From NCBI GenBank assembly GCA_964016885.1, contig OZ024751.1:14322001-14386000 (forward strand): a DNA stretch of 64,000 nt, written 5' to 3'. Shown piece after piece: positions 12,815 through 23,519 of the stretch (position 1 is its first letter; each line of letters begins with the position of its first letter). The translations under genes were made by a program, and so were the position numbers. The notes beneath the pieces were generated by a model, which saw only the letters and a program-made list of their open reading frames with translations, was not told the origin of the DNA and did no database searches. This stretch comes from Eledone cirrhosa. Its lineage: Eukaryota.

Positions 12815-15275
12815 TCCTGAAAGGATCTCAAACAGTCCTTCCAGCGGGTCCTGTCAGAAGCAACCGTCTCCAACTGATCTGGCTGGATCTCCAAGTGAGA
12901 CCAGCCAAGCTCATGGATGTTATCCAACCATCTTGATCAGAGTCTACCCCGGGGTCTCTTGCCCATAAAATCTGTTCAGCGATTCTTTCCTGAGACATTC
13001 TAACCATATGTCCATTCTAACCATATGTCCATTCTAACCACATGTCCATTCTAACCACATGTCCATTCTAACCACATGTCCATTCTAACCACATGTCCAT
13101 TCTAACCATATGCCCATTCTAACCAAATGTCGATTTCTAACCAAATGTCCATTCTAACCATATGTCCATTCTAACCATATGTCCATTCTAACCATATGTC
13201 CATTCTAACCATATGTCCATTCTAACCATATGTCCATTCTAACCATATGTCCATTCTAACCAAATGTCCATTCTAACCAAATGTCCATTCTAACCATATG
13301 TCCATTCTAACCATATGTCCATTCTAACCATATGTCCATTCTAACCATATGTCCATTCTAACCATATGTCCATTCTAACCATATGTCCATTCTAACCATA
13401 TGTCCATTCTAACCATATGTCCATTCTAACCAAATGTCCATTCTAACCATATGTCCATTCTAACCATATGTCCATTCTAACCATATGTCCATTCTAACCA
13501 TATGTCCATTCTAACCAAATGTCCATTCTAACCATATGTCCATTCTAACCAAATGTCCATTCTAACCATATGTCCATTCTAACCATATGTCCATTCTAAC
13601 CATATGTCCATTCTAACCATATGTCCATTCTAACCATATGTCCATTCTAACCATATGTCCATTCTAACCATATGTCCATTCTAACCAAATGTCCATTCTA
13701 ACCAAATGTCCATTCTAACCAAATGTCCATTCTAACCATATGTCCATTCTAACCATATGTCCATTCTAACCAAATGTCCATTCTAACCATATGTCCATTC
13801 TAACCATATGTCCATTCTAACCATATGTCCATTCTAACCATATGTCCATTCTAACCATATGTCCATTCTAACCATATGTCCATTCTAACCAAATGTCCAT
13901 TCTAACCAAATGTCCATTCTAACCATATGTCCATTCTAACCAAATGTCCATTCTAACCAAATGTCCATTCTAACCAAATGTCCATTCTAACCATATGTCC
14001 ATTCTAACCATATGTCCATTCTAACCATATGTCCATTCTAACCAAATGTCCATTCTAACCAAATGTCCATTCTAACCATATGTCCATTCTAACCATATGT
14101 CCATTCTAACCATATGTCCATTCTAACCAAATGTCCATTCTAACCATATGTCCATTCTAACCATATGTCCATTCTAACCATATGTCCATTCTAACCATAT
14201 GTCCATTCTAACCATATGTCCATTCTAACCATATGTCCATTCTAACCATATGTCCATTCTAACCATATGTCCATTCTAACCATATGTCCATTCTAACCAA
14301 ATGTCCATTCTAACCAAATGTCCATTCTAACCAAATGTCCATTCTAACCAAATGTCCATTCTAACCATATGTCCATTCTAACCATATGTCCATTCTAACC
14401 ATATGTCCATTCTAACCATATGTCCATTCTAACCATATGTCCATTCTAACCAAATGTCCATTCTAACCATATGTCCATTCTAACCAAGTGTCCATTCTAA
14501 CCATGTGTCCATTCTAACCATGTGTCCATTCTAACCATGTGTCCATTCTAACCATATGTCCATTCTAACCATATGTCCATTCTAACCATATGTCCATTCT
14601 AACCATATGTCCATTCTAACCATATGTCCATTCTAACCATATGTCCATTCTAACCATATGTCCATTCTAACCATATGTCCATTCTAACCATATGTCCATT
14701 CTAACCATATGTCCATTCTAACCATATGTCCATTCTAACCATATGTCCATTCTAACCATATGTCCATTCTAACCATATGTCCATTCTAACCATATGTCCA
14801 TTCTAACCATATGTCCATTCTAACCATATGTCCATTCTAACCAAATGTCCATTCTAACCATATGTCCATTCTAACCATATGTCCATTCTAACCATATGTC
14901 CATTCTAACCATATGTCCATTCTAACCATATGTCCATTCTAACCATATGTCCATTCTAACCATATGTCCATTCTAACCATATGTCCATTCTAACCATATG
15001 TCCATTCTAACCATATGTCCATTCTAACCATATGTCCATTCTAACCATATGTCCATAGTATCGAAGCTGTGATGTCTCAATTTGGAGAAGTCACTCTCTG
15101 ATCTCCGAGTTATATGCTCTATCAAGTAATGTTACTCCAAAGACCCTTCGGAGAAACCCCATTTGGGCCGCTTGTATTCTTTCAGTCATTACCCAAGATT
15201 TATGACTATTAAGTAAGGGTTGTCACGAATTCTGAATTGAAGATTGCGAGTTTGGCTTTCACACCTACCTCCCTT
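12815..15275 (-). mobile_element. Degenerate 3' part of an RTE-clade LINE (Rex3/Expander-like), interrupted by a 17-bp satellite
   Basis: Minus-strand translation with the array removed: KAKLAIF..SWVMTERIQAAQMGFLRRVFGVTLLDR..SQLRYYGHMVRMSQERIAEQIL..GKRPRGR..RWLDNI..DRTRWK, a typical RTE C-terminus. Confidence 0.85.
12996..15056. repeat. 17-bp satellite (CCATTCTAACCATATGT), about 121 copies
   Basis: Direct tandem reading; variants CATATG, CAAATG, CACATG, CATGTG. Confidence 0.98.
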
Positions 15276-15959
15276 TTTCTGAGTACGATATCAATTTTTA
15301 ATTCATTAAAATTATCTCCCCTTATCGATAAGAGTTGCTAATAGGTGCCTCTAGGTTTGTTTTCTTTCCCAAACTAAGTAAAATTCAGTAAAATTCAATT
15401 AATTAAGAATGCCTTTGCATATGTCATTCAGTACATTAGTTGTCACCTGCTTATCTAATTTATGCTACTGGTTCAGTTGAGTAATCTCCCCTTAGTTCTT
15501 TATATTTTATATATTTTTGTATATATCTTATTGTCTTCGCCTCAAGTCTCACTCCACCTTGATATGTCCACACCTCAATTGTTATTCATGCTATATATAT
15601 ATATGTGTGTGTTGAACAATAAAAACCAGAAAGACACGTGTGTGTGTGTGTGTGTGTGTGTGTAAGTGTGTAAGACTATTAGTTGCCTTAACTTAAATGT
15701 AGATACACAAATACAGCCAGATGAACCCCATAAAACCTGGGCGTTTTAGGAGCTCTGTAAGCTGGTAGGGGCTTCTCAAAGTCACATCTACCTCCTCTCC
15801 TTGCTTTAATCCTGAACCAACCTGAAACAGCATGGCCACTTTACTGAGTAGACTGGGTGTGTTCTTTGTCACGACACCAGCACGACCAGTTTACAGGGTG
15901 GACTGGGTGCTTTTTGTTGTGCTACCATCAGAAAAATATAAATACAAATTTATATATAA

Positions 15960-16140
15960 CATTTCTTTTTACCTCTATTCATCACAGGTGAAAATTGAAC
16001 AATAATATTTCTTTTTACCTGTATTTATAGAATGTGGAAACAAATATATATATATATATAAAACATTTCTTTATACCTCTATCACAGGTAGAAACAGAAC
16101 AATAACATTTTTTTTTTTACTTTTATCACAGGTGAAAACA
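15960..16140 (+). repeat. 3-4 degenerate tandem ~45-bp units, each containing a splice-acceptor-like motif
   Basis: Polypyrimidine tract + ATCACAG|GT(G/A)..AAACAGAACA-like motif at ~15965-16000, ~16065-16105 and ~16107-16145. Confidence 0.6.
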
Positions 16141-16179
16141 GAACACACCTACCCAGATCCACCTCTCTATTGTCCCTAG
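16132..16179 (+). CDS. Possible terminal coding exon (VKTEHTYPDPPLYCP*) of an unidentified gene
   Basis: Strong acceptor TTTTTACTTTTATCACAG at 16131 followed by unique sequence. An alternative phase-1 frame is open to 16302. No homology recognised. Confidence 0.25.
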   Translation: MKTEHTYPDPPLYCP

Positions 16180-16311
16180 GAATCTTTACAGAAATGAAAA
16201 ATTAATTCTCACGTTCTTCAGATGATATTGACCAAGGAAACTAAGTCATTCCACCCACTGAGGTTGTTTTCAAGCACGCTACCCATTTGTAAAATACATT
16301 AAAAACTTTAA

Positions 16312-16499
16312 CCTTTTACCATTTACATTACTCTATATTTACTATTGTATTTTCACAGTAAATACATTATCTCACATAATATCGAAACTCTGATATTTTG
16401 ATATTTATTTTGAGAACAATACCTTGACATTACAGCCAGTTTGAACAGAAAGAGGTGAGAGAATTCTGGCCAGATATGGCCAATGTAAATGCTAAAGGG
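16312..16499. mobile_element. piggyBac-like MITE (family P1)
   Basis: TTAA on both sides; TIR CCTTTTACCATTTACATT / AATGTAAATGCTAAAGGG; related copies at 26396 and 38222. Confidence 0.8.
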
Positions 16500-16729
16500 T
16501 TAAACACATATCAAAGACATGAAATTGAAGATGACCACATTTAACAAACCAACTTACTTTGTTGATATTTCATGTTGTTTTGTTGTTGATTGTTAGTCTA
16601 ACAACTTATAAATCAACAAAACTTATATTTTCAATAAGAACAAGAACACAAAATGTTTAGATGTCAATATTTCTATCAAAAAATTTTATATTAAAATTAA
16701 CGAAAAATGCAAAGTTTCTTTTGTTCTTT

Positions 16730-16985
16730 TTGTTTAAATAAACACTTTTTTTTGGTTTTTTTTTGGTTTAAATATACAGTTGTTTTTTTGGATTTTTTTA
16801 ATTTAAATATACAATTTTTTTTTGTTTAAATATACAGTTGTTTTTTTGAATTTTTTGTTTAAATATAGTTTTTTGTTTTGGGATATTTTTGTTTAAATAT
16901 ACAGTTGTTTTTTGTTTTTGTTTAAATTTACAGTTGTTTTTTTTTGTTTTTTGTTTAAATATACAGTTGTTTTTTGGTTTTGTTT
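16730..16985. repeat. T-rich minisatellite (TTTGTTTAAATATACAGTTGTTTTT-like units)
   Basis: About 8 degenerate units read directly. Confidence 0.75.
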
Positions 16986-17131
16986 ATCGCCTTATTCGTT
17001 TGGTAGCTTGTTGCTGTTTTTTCTTCCATTTGTATACATAAATATAAATCATTATCATCATCATATATTTCTACTGCATTGTATGCATTGTAGTATTGTA
17101 CTGCTTTCTGAGATACTTATCAATCATTTAT

Positions 17132-17213
<82 letters not shown>

Positions 17214-17684
17214 TATATACACATACACACATACATATATATACACACATACACAAATACATATAGATACATAAAGTGATATATATATATATATATACAC
17301 ACACAAGTGTCATGTATCATGACATTTTCATTATATATATATATATATATGAGATGTTGCCAGTAGGTGGTCTTGTCAATTGATAGTTTCCCCTCAATAA
17401 TATATCCAGATAGTGTGGTAGAGCTTTGCTTTCAAATATGTGACATTTGCATATGTCTCAACTTTCTCGCACCTCATTGGGCTCCTTACACTTCAGCCCC
17501 TCCCCCTTTCTCCTGCAATATGCTAATTGGTTGTACCTGGTTGATTTACATGCACAGACTAACATTGCAACAGATCTATTACACACACAAGTGACAAGGT
17601 AAGTGCAGGTGTGTACATGTATTTATATATACATACATTTCTATATTTATATGCATATGCGTGTGCGTGTGTGTGTAATCATAA

Positions 17685-17980
17685 TCATCATCATCATCGT
17701 TTAACGTCCATTTTTCCATGCATTCATGGGGCAGGTGAGTCGTCTGCATCAAGAGACGAGTCTGGTGAGGATTGGTCATGCTGTACCTTGCTACATTGGG
17801 CCCTGACTCTTTTTAATATGAGTGTGGGATTGATATATAGATTCCAGATAAATCGGTAGAGCACTCACCAATCACAAACAAATAATAAAGAAGAATTGGC
17901 CATGCAATACCTTGCTCTGATGGGACAGTAAATTTGGCCTGGGTTTTTACAGTTGGATGCCCTTCCTAACACCAACAATG
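17685..17980 (-). mobile_element. Short element sharing the RTE 3' tail
   Basis: (CAT)n CGTTTAACGTCC..CCATGC and GGATGCCCTTCCTAACACCAAC motifs are shared with the RTE 3' UTR at 18581-18740. Confidence 0.65.
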
Positions 17981-17994
17981 TATATATACTCGGT

Positions 17995-18240
17995 TTGGTT
18001 CCAGAGAATGTGGTTAGCCCACCGAGAGTGAGACACCCTCTCCACCCTCCGTTTCTTGTTAGGACATCATTCTAGGAGAAGGAAAACTCTAATGAAAAAC
18101 TTGTGACTTGACAACAGCCAATGACGTTGACTTGTTGTTCTTTTTGAGTACCTGCAACCATTGTTCAGAGAGTAGGATTGGTCTTGTGCAAGGCCGTACT
18201 TCACTTCAAGTACAGACATCATTTGATCTAAGCGACTTTC
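17995..18240 (+). mobile_element. RTE-type 5' UTR fragment
   Basis: TTCTAGGAGAAGGAAAACTCT motif, recalled as typical of RTE 5' UTRs; colinear with 35245-35380. Confidence 0.55.
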
Positions 18241-18580
18241 ATGTGTGTTAGTGTAAGTATGACCTTTCCTTTTTGTTTTCTTTCGCTGTAACATATGTAG
18301 AAAGGAATCTAAGTCCTTGGCGGTCCAAAAAAGCATGTTTGGGCCACCCATGTATGAGGAAAATGTCAGAGATGGCAACTCTTGAAACGGAGATGAAGCC
18401 ATTATATATACATATCTGCATGCATATATATATAATATATATACATCTGTATATATATATATATATATATACCTGTATATATATACATCTGTATATATAT
18501 ATATACACACATATATATATATATACACACACATATATATATATATATACACACATATATATATATATATATACACATAT

Positions 18581-20006
18581 CATCATCATCATCATCATCA
18601 ACGTTTAACGTCCGTGTTCCACGCTTGCATGGGTTTGGACGGGGGTAGTCCCACTTGAGGCAAGAGTGATTGTCTTGCTCGCATAGGACTGTCTGGCAGG
18701 TTTTCTACAGTTGGATGCCCTTCCTAACACCAACCACATTTACAGTGTGGGTCTGGGAGGTTTTTACCGTGTTGCCTACACGGCCACATTACAGCGTGGA
18801 CTGTGTGTTTTTTTGTCGTGACACCTACACGATCTCATTTGTTTCGGCCCGGATGGCGCGGCACCAACATAACTTTACATAGGACGGGGTGGTGTGGATG
18901 GGGTGGGGGTGGTGGTGGTGGGACGGGGTGTATTTTGTTAGAGATGCCTACTGGCAAGGCGGGTCTTCTCTGTTACTGAGTACCGCCAAAGGTCTCGGTC
19001 CAGTGACATTGTCTTGGAGAGGTGTAAGTGTGTGAGGTCGGAGTTTATCAGCTCGTCCCAGGTTTTTCTAGGTCTGCCTATTCCGTGGCTACCGTCTATC
19101 TTTATTGCCCTGCACTTTGTTATACAGCTATCGACTTTCATGCGCATCACGTGTCCATACCAACGTAGCCTTCTCTCGAGTAAACAACATCTGATCCCTC
19201 TTATCTCTAATTTTTTCCTTAGTTCGTTTATGCTTTGCCGTTCACGTATATTACTGTTACACATCCAGCGGAGCATGCAAGCTTCGTTCCTCTCTAGTCT
19301 GCGTATATCCTCTGCACACAATGCCCAGGTCTCACTGCCATGCAACATTGCTGTTCGTATGCAGGCATCGTACAACCTGCCTTTCATTTTTAGGGAGAAC
19401 CCTTTAGCAGCTAATAGTGGTATAAGCTCTCTGAACTTTTTCCAACCAGTTCTGACTCTAGCTACAGTACTTTCAGAGCACCCTCCCCCACTGCTGATTT
19501 TATCGCCCAGGTAACGGAAGCTGTCCACTATTTCTATAGAACCCTCTGCGCAATTGAAAGAGCTAGTATTGTGTGGGCACTTGCTGCTACTTATTGCACC
19601 AGAACACCGGCCACATGTAAAATCTATGTTCTTAGTTAGCTTACCTGTGATCCCACTACATCTTTTATGCACCCATACTTTGCATTTAGGACACAAAATG
19701 GAGTTTCTACCTACGCCTTTCCTACACACCGAGCACGACCATTTCCCAGAAGGGACCGCCGCCTTGTTTTCTTTCCTACAAACTAGAACTTTGGTCTTAG
19801 CCAGGTTAATTTTAAGTCCTTTTGACTCTAGGCCGTGCTTCCATGTTTGGAATTTCTTCTCTAGCTCGGCCATTGATTCCGCTATGAGTGTCAGGTCGTC
19901 TGCGTATAGGAGTTCCCATGGGCAGCCTGTCTTGAACTCCTCTGTTATAGCCTGAAGGGCAATAATAAATAGTAGGGGGCTGAGAACAGAGCCCTGATGG
20001 ACGCCA
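18581..20006 (-). mobile_element. RTE LINE family R1, copy A, 5'-truncated
   Basis: Stop-free frame [61 protein letters not shown]; (GAT)n tail; flanked by (TA)n. Confidence 0.95.
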
Positions 20007-20009
20007 CAC

Positions 20010-20040
<31 letters not shown>

Positions 20041-20049
20041 TATATATAT

Positions 20050-20086
<37 letters not shown>

Positions 20087-20103
20087 CACATATATATATA
20101 TAT

Positions 20104-20138
<35 letters not shown>

Positions 20139-20155
20139 CACATATATATATATAT

Positions 20156-20194
<39 letters not shown>

Positions 20195-20319
20195 AATATA
20201 TATATATATACACACAAATATATATATATATATATACACATATATATATATATATATACACATATATATATATATATATACACATATATATATATATACA
20301 CATATATATATATATACAC

Positions 20320-20352
<33 letters not shown>

Positions 20353-20643
20353 CACATATATATATATATACACATATATATATATATACACATATATATA
20401 TATATACACATATATATATATACACACATATATATATATACACACATATATATACATATATATATATATACACATATATATATATACACATATATATATA
20501 CACACATATATACACATATACACATATATATATATATACACACATATATATATATACACACATATATATATAGACATATATATACATATACATATATACA
20601 CACATACATATATACACACATATATATATAGACATATATATAC

Positions 20644-20694
<51 letters not shown>

Positions 20695-20728
20695 TATATA
20701 TATATACACATATATATATATATATATA

Positions 20729-20759
<31 letters not shown>

Positions 20760-20830
20760 ACCTGTATATATATATATATGTATATATACACCTATATATA
20801 TATATACATACCTGTATATATATATATATA
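20007..20830. repeat. (TA)n/(CA) compound microsatellite
   Basis: Direct reading. Confidence 0.95.
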
Positions 20831-21111
20831 TAATATAAGATCAAAAGATGGTTAAAGGAGTTCAATATATTTTATTATGCGCATGTGTTTTTTTTAGCCT
20901 TCATATCATGTTCTCCTGTTTTATCTGATGAAAACACAAATATTATTGTTTGATGATGTTTGTTTTTGAAATGCGCATAATAAAATATATTGAACTCCTT
21001 TAACCATCTTTTGATCTTATATTATGCATACTCCAGTCCCACAAACTGTAGAGTGCTTCTTATCCGATATCTGCATTGCTTTATTGTACTACAATAAAAC
21101 TCACCTCCTAC

Positions 21112-21115
<4 letters not shown>
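20831..21115 (+). mobile_element. Fold-back insert with hammerhead motif (Penelope-like pLTR remnant) #1
   Basis: Perfect 54-bp inverted repeat 20831-20884 / 20971-21024, then a unique extension; (TA)n on both sides. Confidence 0.75.
20917..20987 (+). ncRNA. Type I hammerhead ribozyme motif
   Basis: Stem I TGTTTTAT/ATAAAATA; CTGATGA at 20925; stem II ACAAATATTAT/ATGATGTTTGT; GAAA at 20968; palindromic stem III TGCGCA; AUA cleavage after 20979. Confidence 0.75.
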
Positions 21116-21148
<33 letters not shown>

Positions 21149-21153
<5 letters not shown>

Positions 21154-21654
21154 GAAGAGCAAGGCTTGGGCGGCGTGTCACAGCTTGAGATCGGTGTGGA
21201 AGTCGGACCTTCGTAGAGACCTGAAAATCCGCCTCTTCATTGCTGTAGTGGAGTCTGTGCTGCTGTATGGGTCTGAGACTTGGACACTGACCAAGAGACT
21301 CACTCAGATGGTGGATGGGTGCTACACGAGAATGCTGAGGATGGCTCTGAACATTAATCAGTATACACTGAGGATGAAAAACTCAGAGCTGTATGGAAGC
21401 ATCCCAAAAGTCAGCTCAAAAGTGACACAGAGGAGGCTGAGGTTGGCTGGACATGCTCACCGAAATTGCACTCAGTGCTCCTTTGGGATCCCCTACATGG
21501 ACACACTAGAAGAGGAAGACCAAGGTTAACATATGTTGATGCCCTAAGGACAGACACTGGTCTGTTGGAGATGCAGGATATGGCAGCGATAATGAGGGAC
21601 AGAGACCGCTGGAGAGAACTCGTCCATGGATCTAGGGAATTTTACCTGTTTTAA
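21149..21654 (+). mobile_element. RTE-like LINE family R2, 3' fragment (frameshifted)
   Basis: LKIRLFIAVVESVLLYGSETWTL..RMLRMALNI..RRLRLAGH..RRGRPRLTYVD..DRDRWRELV. Confidence 0.9.
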
Positions 21655-21662
21655 TATATATG

Positions 21663-21713
21663 AAATTCTACAGGACTAGAACTGTTTCATCCTTTAGAAA
21701 TCATCAGGAATCT
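21663..21713 (-). ncRNA. Compact type I hammerhead ribozyme motif
   Basis: Minus strand: AGATTC-CTGATGA-TTTCTAAAGGAT-GAAA-CAG(TTCTAGTC)CTG-TA-GAATTT. Stems I and III pair; stem II is weak. Confidence 0.65.
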
Positions 21714-21863
21714 GGGTATCAAAAAATAAGTATGGTATTTATAGGTCTCTTCATGTGGTAGGAGAGGGTAGGGAGTGGGATGGGTGTAGGTCATTGGTTG
21801 ATAGAAAAGGGAATTCATTAAAAGCTAATTCTTCAAAGCTATAGTTTATTTTTAGAATATACG

Positions 21864-21904
<41 letters not shown>

Positions 21905-21930
21905 CTATATATATATAATATATATATACA

Positions 21931-21985
<55 letters not shown>

Positions 21986-22174
21986 TATATGTAGATAAAT
22001 CTACCAAAATATACGGTAGTGTCCAATCCGTATGAAAAACTCAATGTAATCCAAATATCATGAAAAGAGAAGATGTATTCAAAATTTTTTCGATGAAAAA
22101 CACAGGAAAACAGAGTCAAGATAAATTAATAAAAACAATGAATAAAAACAAAGAGTTTCTTATATTAAAAAATT

Positions 22175-22309
22175 CATCATTTTACGATCGTTTCTAGGAT
22201 ATATATGTGTGTGTTGGTATGTATATCATATAGATCTATGTAAAAATTTTACAAACTATCAGAGGGAATATACATACCTACACATATATATTCTATCTTC
22301 AGAAATAAT
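22175..22309 (-). ncRNA. Hammerhead motif with ~100-nt stem II
   Basis: Minus strand: ATTATTT-CTGAAGA-[TAGAATATATATGTGT...ACACATATATATCCTA]-GAAA-CGATCG-TA-AAATGAT; full catalytic core. Confidence 0.7.
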
Positions 22310-22484
22310 TGTTTCTACTTTAGGCACAAGGCCAGCAATTACTCAGTGCATTACTGGTACTTTATTTTATCGACCCCGTAAGGATGAAAGGCAAAGTTAA
22401 CCTCGGCGGGATTTGAACTCAGATCGTAAAGGGACATAACTATGCTGGAAAGCATGGCGTCCGACCCTCTACCGATACTGCCAA
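22306..22484 (-). mobile_element. tRNA-derived SINE (family S1)
   Basis: A-box TGGCAGTATCGGTAG, B-box GTTCAAATCC, central GCCTTTCATCCTTACGGGGTCGATAAAATAAAGTACCAG, tail GTAGAAACAATTATT. Confidence 0.9.
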
Positions 22485-22637
22485 AGTGGTCAAGTTGATA
22501 GAATAGTAGTAGTAGAAATTTCTACTACTACTATTCTATCAACCACTTACTACTTTTCTATTGGTCAATTCAAAACCTGTTCCCAAACGGACCTATTATA
22601 TTACATCTTTGTTGTTTTTTTTCAATAAACAAATATC

Positions 22638-22826
22638 TGTTTCTACTTTAGGCACAAGGCCAGCAATCACACAGTGCATTACTGGTACTTTATTTTATCG
22701 ACCCTGTAAGGATGAAAGGCAAAGTCAACCTCGGCGGGATTTGAACTCAGATCGTAAAGGGACGTAACTATGCTGGAAAGCATGGCGTCCGACCCTCTAC
22801 CGATACTGCCAATCCACCGCCCTGGG
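22638..22826 (-). mobile_element. Full-length S1 SINE with 19-bp target-site duplication
   Basis: TTTTCAATAAACAAATATC at 22619-22637 and 22827-22845. Confidence 0.92.
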
Positions 22827-22844
22827 TTTTCAATAAACAAATAT

Positions 22845-22980
22845 CATTATTTCTGAAGACAGCATATATATGTGTAGGTATGTATATTCCCTCTGATAGT
22901 TTGTAAAATTTTTACATAGATCTATATGATATACATACCAACACACACATATATATCCTAGAAATGATCGTAAAATGATG
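22845..22980 (+). ncRNA. Hammerhead motif with ~100-nt stem II (second arm)
   Basis: CATTATTT-CTGAAGA(22853)-101 nt-GAAA(22961)-TGATCG-TA-AAATGATG. Confidence 0.6.
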
Positions 22981-23032
22981 AACTTTTTAATATAAGGAAC
23001 TGTTTCTTTGTTTTTATTCATTATTTTTATTA

Positions 23033-23083
<51 letters not shown>

Positions 23084-23089
23084 ATATAC

Positions 23090-23151
<62 letters not shown>

Positions 23152-23366
23152 CACCTATATATATATATATATATACATACACTGCACTCACTGTAAATGA
23201 AGTTGGTGTTAGGAAGGGCATCCAGCTGTAGAAATCAAGCCATGGTCAGCCGACTAGACACTGCCCACAACAGGACAACCTGTCTAACCCATGCTAGCGT
23301 GGAAGAACGGACGTAAAACGGTGATGATGATGATGATACACCTGTATATATATATATATATATACA

Positions 23367-23403
<37 letters not shown>

Positions 23404-23519
23404 CTATATATATATATATATATATATAGGAACAAGTACCACTCTACTACCCTAAGTATTGAGTACTTTAGTGCGTTATGGTCCATCTGGTTCCTTACCA
23501 CATTTCCTTCGTTATATAT

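Larger units (their letters stand above)
21991..23038. mobile_element. Fold-back insert #2 with a hammerhead motif in each arm, interrupted by two SINEs
   Basis: ~190-bp inverted arms 22121-22309 / 22846-23038; unique extension 21991-22120; (TA)n flanks. Confidence 0.8.

Noticed and set aside
17440-17605. Octamer motif ATTTGCAT and consensus donor AAG|GTAAGT at 17599
   Set aside because: Short motifs are expected by chance and no partner exon or ORF could be linked.
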